In this document: positions 1 to 9,078 of the stretch, piece after piece
Layout: each line of letters opens with the position of its first letter
How positions within the stretch are numbered: the stretch's first letter is position 1
Position numbers and translations under genes: made by a program
Notes under the pieces: generated by a model
The model's input: only the letters and a program-made list of their open reading frames with translations
What the model was told of the DNA's origin: nothing
Databases searched by the model: none
Source: Hormoscilla sp.
Lineage (GTDB): Bacteria > Cyanobacteriota > Cyanobacteriia > Cyanobacteriales > Desertifilaceae
DNA length: 64,000 nt
Direction of reading: 5' to 3'
Assembly: GCA_051439505.1 (NCBI GenBank)
Contig: JBFRWI010000100.1
Coordinates: 69,424 to 133,423, forward strand

Positions 1-68
1 TGAGATAATTGTGATCTTCTACGTTATTTATGTTAAGATATTATATTAGACTGCCACTGACTTAAGGT

Positions 69-346
69 GTCATTGCGAGGGGGGAGACAAAAAAAAATTT
101 CCCGAGTAATACTAGCAAGCCCCCCTCGCAATGACAAATAGGATTTTGAGGGTGGTAGTCAGCGCTATTAGACTGCCACTGACTTAAGGTGTCATTGCGA
201 GGGGGGGGAATAAAAATAAATTTCCCGAGTAATGCTAGCAAGCCCCCCGAAGCAATCTCATGCCTAGTCGAAAACTGGAGATTGCTTCGGGGGCTTAACT
301 CATAGTCAGACATAAGTTAACTATTGGTAGCCCCCCTCGCAATGAC
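69..346. repeat. Two tandem copies (69-135, 191-346) of a palindromic MITE/REP-like element with GTCATTGCGAGGGGG...CCCCCTCGCAATGAC ends
   Basis: Terminal inverted repeats are visible. The longer copy has an inner GAAGCAATC/GATTGCTTC pair. The same family occurs at 18251-18433, 24731-24889 and as a half copy at 44960. Confidence 0.8.
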
Positions 347-445
347 AAATAGGATTTTGGGGGCGGTAGTCAGCGCTATTCGACGCGGATGTGGTATGTT
401 AAGATATCATATTAACGGCGACCCAGACCATCCAGAGGAACAGTC

Positions 446-2329
446 ATGATCTACTGTCTGAACCCGAACTGCTTAAATCCTCAAAATCCAGATAACCATC
501 GCTTTTGCCAGAGTTGCGGCGCGAAGTTAATCCCGCAATTGTTAAACCGCTTCGCTATTCTGGAAAGATTGGGGGAAGGAGGATTTGGCAAAACCTATCG
601 GGCCACTGACGGCCATCGGATGAAGGCCAATTCCGTGGTCAAGCAGTTCGCCCCGGCCCCCGAAATGCAGCAGGCGATGGGCAGCAACCCCCAACTGCGG
701 GACAAGATGCTGGAATTGTTTGCCCGGGAGGCAACTCAATTGTTAGAATTGGGGCAGCATCCCCAAATTCCGGCTTTGTTTGCTTACTTTCAAGCGGACT
801 TGCAATTGCCAGCAGGCACATATCCTTATTTATATCTCGCCCAGGAATATGTAGAAGGGGAGAACTTACTGCAAGCCTTGACACAGAAACAAGCTTTTGA
901 CGAAGCTGAGGTAAGGTCTATCTTAGCTGACTTGTTACCGATTCTGGACTTGATTCACAGTCGGGGAGTGATTCATCGGGATATAAAACCCGAGAATATC
1001 ATGCAGCGTCGGAGTGACAAGAGATTGGTGTTGATTGATTTCGGCGTTTCCAAGCAAGCAACGGGAACGAGTCTGCCACTCGGAAGTACCGTCGGCACTA
1101 TGGGAAGTGGCAAAACGACAGCGGGAACACTGGGATACGCGCCACCGGAACAAATGCTTTACGGTAAAGCTTATGCTGCTAGCGACCTTTATGCCCTGGG
1201 GGCAACTTGCATTCATTTACTGACGGGAGAAAATCCTTTCTTTCTGTTTGAACCGATGGATAGTCGGTGGTTGTGGCAAGAAAGCTTGCAAAGGCAAGGA
1301 AAATCTGTCAGTCCCCAGTTAACTCAGGTAATAGAGGGCCTGCTGCGGGAAAAACCGAAGGACCGCTATCAGTCAGCTACTGAGGTATTAGCAGCATTAA
1401 ACTCTAAGACAGGCCAGTCCGTTCCCTTATCAACTATTATTTCCATGCCCCGTAAAACGGGCGCTGCCCACCAGGCCAACCCTCAATCAAAGGCGAATAC
1501 CTTGCCAACCTTTGAATTTGAAGTAGTGATAATAGACAAGGGAGGCCGAGAAACCAGCGATCGCCGTTTGCGGGCCGAATTTTATCGGGAAGACTTGGGA
1601 AATGGCGTGATACTGGAAATGGTCTCTATTCCCGGGGGCAAGTTTACTATCGGTTCTCCCGAAAGCGAGGTGGGACGACAGAAAACTGAAGGTCCCCAGC
1701 GAGAAGTGACCATATCTCCTTTCTTTATGGGCAAGTTTCCCATCACTCAAGCCCAGTGGCAAGCGGTGATGGGCAATAACCCATCTAAATTTAAAGGAGC
1801 AAATCGACCCGTAGAAAATGTATCCTGGAATGATGCGGTAGAATTTTGTCAGCAACTTTCCCGCAAGACCGGGAAAACCTATCGCCTGCCCAGCGAGGCT
1901 CAATGGGAATATGCCTGTCGCGCTGGTACTACCACGCCCTTTCATTTTGGGGAGACAATTACTGCGGACCTGGCGAACTACAATGGTATGAACACCTATG
2001 GCCAAGAACCGAAAGGATCGTATCGCGAACAAACCACCCCCGTCGGTTATTTCCAAGTGGCGAACAACTTTGGGTTGTACGACATACACGGAAATGTCTG
2101 GGAATGGTGTGCCGACCCCTGGCACGAGACCTATCGCGGCATTCTTGCCGATGGCAGCATTTGGGAATTTGGCGGCGATGACTCATTCCGGATGCTGCGC
2201 GGCGGTAGCTGGGTCAACTATCCCGCGAATTGTCGCCGCGCCTATCGCGGTAGGAATTCTCCGGGCGACGGGAACACCTTCGTCGGTTTGCGGGTTGTTG
2301 TTGGGGGTGCTGTTGTGCGGACTCTTTAA
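446..2329 (+). CDS. Ser/Thr protein kinase with N-terminal 4-Cys finger and C-terminal formylglycine-generating-enzyme (SUMF1/FGE-sulfatase) domain
   Basis: CLNPNC..CQSCG prefix; kinase motifs LGEGGFG, HRDIKPEN, DFG; FGE motifs RLPSEAQWEYACR, GNVWEW, RGGSW. Confidence 0.92.
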   Translation: MIYCLNPNCLNPQNPDNHRFCQSCGAKLIPQLLNRFAILERLGEGGFGKTYRATDGHRMKANSVVKQFAPAPEMQQAMGSNPQLRDKMLELFAREATQLLELGQHPQIPALFAYFQADLQLPAGTYPYLYLAQEYVEGENLLQALTQKQAFDEAEVRSILADLLPILDLIHSRGVIHRDIKPENIMQRRSDKRLVLIDFGVSKQATGTSLPLGSTVGTMGSGKTTAGTLGYAPPEQMLYGKAYAASDLYALGATCIHLLTGENPFFLFEPMDSRWLWQESLQRQGKSVSPQLTQVIEGLLREKPKDRYQSATEVLAALNSKTGQSVPLSTIISMPRKTGAAHQANPQSKANTLPTFEFEVVIIDKGGRETSDRRLRAEFYREDLGNGVILEMVSIPGGKFTIGSPESEVGRQKTEGPQREVTISPFFMGKFPITQAQWQAVMGNNPSKFKGANRPVENVSWNDAVEFCQQLSRKTGKTYRLPSEAQWEYACRAGTTTPFHFGETITADLANYNGMNTYGQEPKGSYREQTTPVGYFQVANNFGLYDIHGNVWEWCADPWHETYRGILADGSIWEFGGDDSFRMLRGGSWVNYPANCRRAYRGRNSPGDGNTFVGLRVVVGGAVVRTL

Positions 2330-2467
2330 CCCCTTGGCTATGGGTGCCCTCTTGCCCTTTTCCCTCATCGCCGCAGCCCGATCGCATTTGTGCAGTAAAA
2401 TGTAGGCAAGCCGTAAAGTTGGTTACGTAGAACGGTGGTTGGGGGGCGATCGGCATTACCGTAAGGA

Positions 2468-2521
2468 ATGAAAGCAATGAAAATATTAACAGATTATCTG
2501 GAAGTATGGCCTCAAATGTAA
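2468..2521 (+). pseudogene. Probable internally deleted toxin gene (mini-ORF MKAMKILTDYLEVWPQM)
   Basis: Occupies the toxin position overlapping the DUF2283 start. Its two halves recur about 310 bp apart upstream of the second DUF2283 copy. Confidence 0.45.
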
Positions 2522-2724
2522 AAGTCTGGTATGACAAAGAAGGAGACTATCTGGAAGTGATATTTTCAGATAAACCCGGTTATATGCAGGAAACAAACAA
2601 CGATGCGGTGATGGAAATGGTGGATGAAGAAGGTAATATTTTAGGATTTTCGATCTTGGCGGTGAGTCGTCTGTCACAGTCAAAGCCATTAGTGGCTGAA
2701 TTAGCCGGTAAGGGAGAATTATAA
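2506..2724 (+). CDS. DUF2283 family putative antitoxin (copy 1)
   Basis: KVWYDKEGDYLEV...VDEEGNILGFSIL pattern; 72 aa. Confidence 0.8.
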   Translation: MASNVKVWYDKEGDYLEVIFSDKPGYMQETNNDAVMEMVDEEGNILGFSILAVSRLSQSKPLVAELAGKGEL

Positions 2725-2784
2725 TAGGAACATGCAGGCTTTCTGGGCCCCGAACTTCCGCGTAAGGACAATTTGGAGGATAGG

Positions 2785-3030
2785 ATGAAAGAAGTGACCT
2801 TGAATGAAATCCAAAACGATTTCCCCGGGTATCTAAAACTAGCCGAAGACGAGGAAATAGTCATTATGCAAGATGGCAAACCCGCCGGGATGCTGATTAA
2901 CTTTAACTCATCTGAAGATTGGTTTGATTATTGGTTGGAGGGGGATCCGCGCTTCCTGCGTCGCATTCAGTCTGCTAGAGAAAACATCCGAGCAGGACGA
3001 AGTGTTAAACTAGAAGATGTCGAGCTATAA
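2785..3030 (+). CDS. Phd/YefM-family type II antitoxin
   Basis: MKEVTLNEIQNDFPGYLKLAEDEEIVIMQDGKPAGML resembles the Phd N-terminal DNA-binding fold. Confidence 0.75.
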   Translation: MKEVTLNEIQNDFPGYLKLAEDEEIVIMQDGKPAGMLINFNSSEDWFDYWLEGDPRFLRRIQSARENIRAGRSVKLEDVEL

Positions 3031-3100
3031 AATCCCGATCGGATAGTTCCCTGTAGAAAGCAGGGAACGCGCTGCTTTTTATATGAGGAGGGTGGTGGAA

Positions 3101-3322
3101 ATGGAAATGTCCGATGAACTTCGTGCCGAGTACGATTTGCGGCGTTTGCGTGTCAGGAAAGTAGGTCCTGGAAGAAAAAGTTTGGGCGAGACGATAATTC
3201 ATCTAGAACCAGATGTAGCAGCAGTGTTTCCCAATTCAGGATCGGTGAATGAGGCGCTGAGGTTTTTGATTAGGATCGCTAAGGAGAACAAACAAGCAAT
3301 ATCTTCACAGTATCCAAGATGA
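3101..3322 (+). CDS. BrnA-like antitoxin / small RHH protein
   Basis: DELRAEYDL...LEPDVAAVFPNSGSVNEALR pattern of antitoxins usually found downstream of BrnT; start may be 3083. Confidence 0.6.
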   Translation: MEMSDELRAEYDLRRLRVRKVGPGRKSLGETIIHLEPDVAAVFPNSGSVNEALRFLIRIAKENKQAISSQYPR

Positions 3323-3799
3323 TGTATAATTTGTAAGCAGCTAGGTTGACGAGCGTTTGCAAAGAGGACGGCGATCGCAGTAGACCTTAAGAGTAAACGA
3401 GGGGTTGGGGGGCGGCGATCGCCCTGACTGCAAAGAGTGAAAGCAATAAAAATCAGAGCAGATTATCTGGTAATAACTAAGGGAAGTCGGTTGGGTATCA
3501 GAGGTTATGGATGCCGTGCCCCTACCGCAATGTGATGATTACGTCACATATCCCAAAAAAATGCGATCGCAAATGAACTGTAGGTGTACGGCATCAACAG
3601 ATTATCTAATGGATGAAAATGTCACTGCCGCCGTGCCCCGGCCCGATGTGATAACTGCCGAGGTACAAAAAATGCGAGCGCACCCGTTGTGCCCCGAAAA
3701 AATCCCATCCCACAGGCCGGGGCAGGACTTGCATGCGATCGCGCAGGCCGGGGCACGGCGTGACAAATATTTCGGTTGGGTATCAGACGATCTGGAAGT

Positions 3800-4015
3800 A
3801 TGGCATCAAATGTAAAAGTATGGTATGACAAGGAAGGGGACTATCTGGAAGTGATATTTTCAGATAAACCCGGTTATATGCAGGAAACAAACAACGATGC
3901 GGTGATGGAAATGGTAGATGAAGAAGGTAATATTTTAGGATTTTCGATCTTGGCGGTGAGTCGTCTGTCACGGTCAAAGCCATTAGTAGCTGAATTAGTC
4001 GGTAAGGGAGAATAG
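3800..4015 (+). CDS. DUF2283 family putative antitoxin (copy 2)
   Basis: Near-identical protein and DNA to 2506-2724. Confidence 0.8.
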   Translation: MASNVKVWYDKEGDYLEVIFSDKPGYMQETNNDAVMEMVDEEGNILGFSILAVSRLSRSKPLVAELVGKGE

Positions 4016-4084
4016 CAAAGCATAGTTCGTAGTAGGGACTTTAGTCCCGATATGGGCAAGGGGTGCATCCCAGTTTTGCAATAT

Positions 4085-4137
4085 AGCCCGCGCAGGCGGG
4101 CTTTGTATCTGTAGCCGGACCCTTTAGGGTTCGGGCG
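4085..4137. repeat. Dispersed ~53-bp double-hairpin repeat AGCCCGCGCAGGCGGGCT...GGACCCTTTAGGGTTC
   Basis: Near-identical copies at 14411-14463 and 21459-21512, all intergenic. Confidence 0.8.
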
Positions 4138-4188
4138 GTAACGCAAATGTGAGATGCTAAAGTCCTCACTACAAACATTACTATAAAG

Positions 4189-5244
4189 ATGAACAAGATG
4201 ATGGCAGAATTACAGGAGATCCAAGCAGCAGCAGGGGCAACCTTTGTAGATGGAGTTGCAGTTAGTTTCGGTAACGAACCGGCGGGAATAGCAGCTGCCC
4301 GATCGGGGGTAGCGCTGTGCGATCGCGCCCACTGGGGTCGCATCCAGCTTACAGGGGCCGATCGGGTGCGCTTTTTACACAACCAGACTACCAACGATTT
4401 TCAAATCCGCAAACCCGGACAGGGATGCGATACAGTATTCGTGACATCAACGGCCCGCACCATTGACCTAGCAACAGCTTACATTACCGAAGATGCTATA
4501 TTGTTGCTAGTCTCTCCCGGGCGCTGTCAGCAGTTAATGCAATTGATGGACCGCTATATCTTCCCGATGGATAAGGTAGAATTGCAGGATATTAGCGATC
4601 GCACTGCTTGTTTCAGCCTCCTAGGGCCCGAGAGTGATGCCTTGATGGAAAATATCTTGGGGACAAAAACCCTAATTGGTCAAGCCGAACATTCTCATGC
4701 TATCTTCCCATTAGAGGATATAGAAGTGCGAGTAGCTGTGGGGAATGGGTTAGGAATGCCCGGATACACCCTCATGGTTCCAGCCCCAGCAGCAGGGAAA
4801 TTATGGAGTAAGATCGCAGCAGCAGGGGCAGTACCCATGGGCGATCGGGGGTGGGAAGAACTGCGCATCCAGCAAGGACGCCCCCAACCAGACAGGGAAC
4901 TGACAGAAGATTATAATCCTCTAGAAGCAGGGTTGTGGCAAACTATTTCCTTTGAGAAAGGTTGCTATATCGGACAAGAGACGATCGCGCGCCTGAACAC
5001 CTACAAAGGAGTGAAGCAGCAACTCTGGGGAATAAAACTGCAAGGCCCCGCAGAACCGGGAACTGTAATAATGGTAGGAGAAGAAAAGGTGGGGAAACTG
5101 ACAAGTTACGCCCAAACAGACCGAGGAGACATTGGGTTAGGTTACATCAGGACTAAAGCAGGGGGTGCAGGACTGCAAGTGCAAGTAGGAGAAACCGCAG
5201 GAGAAGTGGTAGATGTCTCCTTCCTGACTCACGAGTACGTGTAA
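4189..5244 (+). CDS. ygfZ: YgfZ/GcvT-family folate-binding protein
   Basis: KGCYIGQE signature; GADRVRFLHNQTTND. Confidence 0.88.
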   Translation: MNKMMAELQEIQAAAGATFVDGVAVSFGNEPAGIAAARSGVALCDRAHWGRIQLTGADRVRFLHNQTTNDFQIRKPGQGCDTVFVTSTARTIDLATAYITEDAILLLVSPGRCQQLMQLMDRYIFPMDKVELQDISDRTACFSLLGPESDALMENILGTKTLIGQAEHSHAIFPLEDIEVRVAVGNGLGMPGYTLMVPAPAAGKLWSKIAAAGAVPMGDRGWEELRIQQGRPQPDRELTEDYNPLEAGLWQTISFEKGCYIGQETIARLNTYKGVKQQLWGIKLQGPAEPGTVIMVGEEKVGKLTSYAQTDRGDIGLGYIRTKAGGAGLQVQVGETAGEVVDVSFLTHEYV

Positions 5245-5267
5245 CTGTAGGTTGGGTTGAGGTACGA

Positions 5268-5357
5268 AACCCAACCCAAGCGCTAAAGCGCTTACTACAA
5301 ACGGGGCGTGGTCCCAAACCCAACCCAAGCGCTAAAGCGCTTACTACAAACGGGGCG
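5268..5357. repeat. Direct tandem duplication of AAACCCAACCCAAGCGCTAAAGCGCTTACTACAAACGGGGCG (REP-like hairpin)
   Basis: Two copies are visible. Related hairpins GGACTAAAGTCCTTACTACGAAC occur at ~26440, ~35610 and inverted at ~4025. Confidence 0.75.
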
Positions 5358-5385
5358 AAAATTTCCGGAAACAGACAATATTTTT

Positions 5386-5440
5386 AGTGGGTTTTAACCC
5401 ACTTAAGCTTTTAGCCGGGGGTTTGAACCCCCGGCGGGCC
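5386..5440. repeat. Double-hairpin repeat
   Basis: GTGGGTTTTAACCCAC and GCCGGGGGTTTGAACCCCCGGC hairpins; an inverted relative lies at ~29533-29587. Confidence 0.6.
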
Positions 5441-5493
5441 ATGAGACTCAGCGGGATAACTACGGATAACTACAAACCTGGCACCAATAATAA

Positions 5494-7314
5494 TCAAGCT
5501 GGAGATAATACTTCAGCATTTTCTTGATTCTGAAAGTACAGGGACCAAAATTTGGAATTGCGATCGTTGAGGAGCGCTTGATAGGTTCCTTCTTCAATAA
5601 TGCGCCCCCGCTCCATCACGTAGATGCGATCGACATTTTGCAGGGTTGAGACCCGATGGGCAATCATAATCATAGTTGTATCGGGTAGCTCAGCGTCAAG
5701 TTTTGCTTGAATTTTTTGCTCAGTTTGGCTGTCCAGAGAAGAGGTTGCTTCATCCAAAATCAGGATCTGGGGCTCCCGACAAAGCGCCCGGGCGATCGCG
5801 AGACGCTGACGTTCTCCTCCAGAAAGCCGATATCCCTTCTCTCCAATTAAGGTATCGATACCTTGGGGTAAGCGAGCAATAACTTCTTCCAGTTGAGCGA
5901 TCGCGATCGCCTTCTCCAAAAGTCCAGGAGAAACTTGACCCATCAGGGTCAAATTTTCCCGCAGAGTCATGTTAAACAACTCAGAGTCCTGGGGAACCAC
6001 AGACAAATACTGAGTTAGGCGATCGTGGTTAATGCTATTCAGTACCACATCATCGAATCTGATCTCCCCTGCGTCAGTAGGATAGAGTCCCAAGAGCAGT
6101 TGACTGAGAGTGCTCTTACCGCTACCGGAAGCCCCCACAATTCCCACGCGACTATTCCGGGGAATCGTCAGGGATATCTGTTCCAAGGCGAAAGACTGCT
6201 CGCGATTGGGAAACCCAAAAGTAACCCGATCGCAAACAATTTTATGCCATTCCTTGGGAAAATCATCCTGTCCCCGAACAATTGTTCCTTGCTCCTCAAA
6301 AATTGGCATCATCCGGGCAACAGTCGTCTTAGATTTGACAACCTTCTGGAGCAGATTATTGCTTTGTTGGGCGGCAATTATTAAATCATTAAAATAGGTA
6401 AAGTAAGGAATTAATACTCCCACTGTCATGATTCCCGCCAGGACTTTTGAGGATACCAGATACAGAAAAACGCCCATTGATACAGCATTCAGCAAGTGAA
6501 ATAGTATCCACATCAAAATAGACAAATCACGCACCAATAATTGCTGTTGTTGCACGGCCTGCTCGCGATTCGTTACTGTATTTTGGACTGATTCCGCCGC
6601 CCCGATACTTTTAACAGTAACCACATTGCTAGCACCCTCAAAATAAAACCCGCTGGAAGATTCTCGCAATTGATTCAACCGATACTGTTGTAATTCGAGC
6701 TGACGATAAAAGGTAGTTTGGACTGCAAAAAATATCCCCAGATGCGCGAAGCATAAAAGACAGAGGTCCCAATCCAACGCCATGAACGTTATGACAACCC
6801 CCACAAACTTGACCGCCACGGGCAAAACATCGTTATAAAGCAGCATGCTTGCTGCTGCTAAAGCACCAGCCCCCTCTTGAACTCTTGTTACTTTATTCCC
6901 CGTATTTTCCTGGTCGTGCCACATCAGAGAATTTTCCATCAGGCGTCCGAACCCCTTTACCCGAGCATTATAGTCGATAAAAATCTCGAAAGTTCGCAGG
7001 TATCTTTTACTCACAAGGCGTAACACAGAGACAACTCCCCAGGAAACTGTCAGCCCACCAATGTACCAGTATAAAAGTGAGCGGGAATCTCCATCTGTAT
7101 ATCCTGTTAGATAGTCTACAGTTTTGCCCAGAATCAATGGGGGAATCAGGAAATCGAAGAACGCGATGGAAATAACGGTAGTCCAAAACAGGCAAGGCCA
7201 GCGATTTTCTTCGAGAAAGTACCAAAACACTTTCGCCAAGTCAAACCAACTGAACGCTGGAGATAAATTATCCATCTGATGGGAATTGGGTTGTGCTGTT
7301 AAGTTATCGCTCAT
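5494..7314 (-). CDS. ABC exporter, fused permease/ATPase (ABCB/MsbA-like)
   Basis: TM N-terminal half; GASGSGKS Walker A; LSGGERQR signature; ILILDEATS. Confidence 0.92.
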   Translation of the reverse strand: MSDNLTAQPNSHQMDNLSPAFSWFDLAKVFWYFLEENRWPCLFWTTVISIAFFDFLIPPLILGKTVDYLTGYTDGDSRSLLYWYIGGLTVSWGVVSVLRLVSKRYLRTFEIFIDYNARVKGFGRLMENSLMWHDQENTGNKVTRVQEGAGALAAASMLLYNDVLPVAVKFVGVVITFMALDWDLCLLCFAHLGIFFAVQTTFYRQLELQQYRLNQLRESSSGFYFEGASNVVTVKSIGAAESVQNTVTNREQAVQQQQLLVRDLSILMWILFHLLNAVSMGVFLYLVSSKVLAGIMTVGVLIPYFTYFNDLIIAAQQSNNLLQKVVKSKTTVARMMPIFEEQGTIVRGQDDFPKEWHKIVCDRVTFGFPNREQSFALEQISLTIPRNSRVGIVGASGSGKSTLSQLLLGLYPTDAGEIRFDDVVLNSINHDRLTQYLSVVPQDSELFNMTLRENLTLMGQVSPGLLEKAIAIAQLEEVIARLPQGIDTLIGEKGYRLSGGERQRLAIARALCREPQILILDEATSSLDSQTEQKIQAKLDAELPDTTMIMIAHRVSTLQNVDRIYVMERGRIIEEGTYQALLNDRNSKFWSLYFQNQENAEVLSPA

Positions 7315-7341
7315 AGTGGTTAAATTGACAATTCAGCATGA

Positions 7342-9051
7342 TTACTTAGGAAATTCGTAGCTAGCAGCAGGCATTAGCCGCCAATCTCGATCGGGCGTTA
7401 TCTGTAAAACTTGCTGATGATACTTTACCAGAGAGGGACGGTGTCCTACACTCAGAAAAGTCGTGCTGGTTGCTTGCAAGCGTTGATAGAGAAGTTCCTC
7501 ATTTTCTACATCCAGGGCGCTAGTAGCTTCGTCGAGAATAGCATAATCAGGTTGACTCAGCAAGAGTCTGGCAAAAGCAAGGCGTTGTTGTTCCCCGAGG
7601 GAAAGCATGGCAGCAAAGTCAGTTTCCCGATCGAACCCGCCGACTCGTTCCGGTAAATTAGCAAGATTAACTGCTTGCAAAACTTGATGCAGTTCTGAGT
7701 CCGTAACATCCCGAATGGTGTGAGGATAGAGGAGTTGGTCCCGCAGACTGCCTAAAATCATGTAGGGACGCTGGGGTAAAAATAGCATTTCCGACAAATT
7801 GGGGCGTTCGATCTTCCCCGTGCCAGATGTCCACAAACCCGCGATCGCCCGTAACAGGGAACTCTTACCACAGCCACTATCTCCGACAACCAGTAAACTA
7901 CCTCTTGGCGGCAATTCCACCGACAGATCCCGAAATAGCGTCTGTTGATAGTTAGGCGTTTGCAATGTTAGATGGGACACTGCTAAAGCCTCTGTTTTCC
8001 GGAAATCGATCATGCGTCGAGCTTCAGGGGCGAATTCTTGCTTTTCCAACATTGTTTCTAAAGCCTCTAAACGCTCGACCGCCGCTGCAAACTTGCTGAT
8101 ATTGCCTAACTTCCGCAGTCCCAGAGACAAACTTTGCTGGAGTCGCACCATATTCGATCTTCCTTCAACGAACGCCCCCACCTCCAAATTTCCCGATAAA
8201 ACTCTGGGAGCCAAAACTAGGATATTCAATACTGTCGGCAGTCTCTGGAAAATATTATCAAATGTCCTTAAATACAACTGCTGCCAGTTGATGATTTTCC
8301 GATCGTTTTTGACGATCGTATGCAATCTCGTTTTAATCTCTTGAGTCTCCCGTTCTTCTCCCTGATAAAATGCGATCGATTCAGCATTTTCTCTAATCCT
8401 GATTAAGCCAAACCGAAAGTCAGCTTCTTTCTTAAATTTCAGGAAATTGAGCCTGGTTAATCTTCTCCCGAAAAATCCAAATCCAATTATATTACCAAGG
8501 ATGCCATAAATCAGAACCACAACCAACAATTCTTTGGAGATCAGCCAGATGGCTACACTTGTAGCCATCAATCCCGAGATTGTATCCAGCACCACAGTCA
8601 ATACAGTTAAAGACTCCGTTGTAAAAGTATCAATGTCTTGAGCAATTCGCTGGTCTGGGTTATCTATCTGAGAATTGGATCCGATGTTGTAGTAAGAGCG
8701 ATCGCTAAAATATTCCCCCAAAAAACGACGAGTCATCCACCTACGCCAGTAGAGTGCCAGTTGGTTGGGCAAATATTCTTTAGCTGCTGCTACTGGGATA
8801 TAGACTAACAGCACTCCCAAGAACGTCAGCACCGCTGGCACCAATTTATCGCTCGACTGGGCTGCTAGGGCTGAGGTCATGTTGCCAGACTGACGGTTGA
8901 GGGCGACATTCAAGGTTGAGAAGGCAAAGATTGTTGCCCATGATAATATTAACAGACTCCAAGCGCCAAATTTTTCTGGGGAAACCCAATAAGGTTTGGC
9001 GATCGCCCAACACCGGAGCAAAAATTTCCTGTTTGCCATTCTATTTGCCAT
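7342..9051 (-). CDS. ABCD-like (ABC_membrane_2/YddA-type) fused permease/ATPase
   Basis: DNPDQRI; EADFR..RIRENAESIAFY; GDSGCGKSS; LSLGEQQR. Confidence 0.92.
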   Translation of the reverse strand: MANRMANRKFLLRCWAIAKPYWVSPEKFGAWSLLILSWATIFAFSTLNVALNRQSGNMTSALAAQSSDKLVPAVLTFLGVLLVYIPVAAAKEYLPNQLALYWRRWMTRRFLGEYFSDRSYYNIGSNSQIDNPDQRIAQDIDTFTTESLTVLTVVLDTISGLMATSVAIWLISKELLVVVLIYGILGNIIGFGFFGRRLTRLNFLKFKKEADFRFGLIRIRENAESIAFYQGEERETQEIKTRLHTIVKNDRKIINWQQLYLRTFDNIFQRLPTVLNILVLAPRVLSGNLEVGAFVEGRSNMVRLQQSLSLGLRKLGNISKFAAAVERLEALETMLEKQEFAPEARRMIDFRKTEALAVSHLTLQTPNYQQTLFRDLSVELPPRGSLLVVGDSGCGKSSLLRAIAGLWTSGTGKIERPNLSEMLFLPQRPYMILGSLRDQLLYPHTIRDVTDSELHQVLQAVNLANLPERVGGFDRETDFAAMLSLGEQQRLAFARLLLSQPDYAILDEATSALDVENEELLYQRLQATSTTFLSVGHRPSLVKYHQQVLQITPDRDWRLMPAASYEFPK

Positions 9052-9078
9052 GTCGTCATTTGTCAGTTGTTGATCATT

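Noticed and set aside
44..380. CRISPR array
   Set aside because: Only two long palindromic units, no regular repeat-spacer period, and no cas genes
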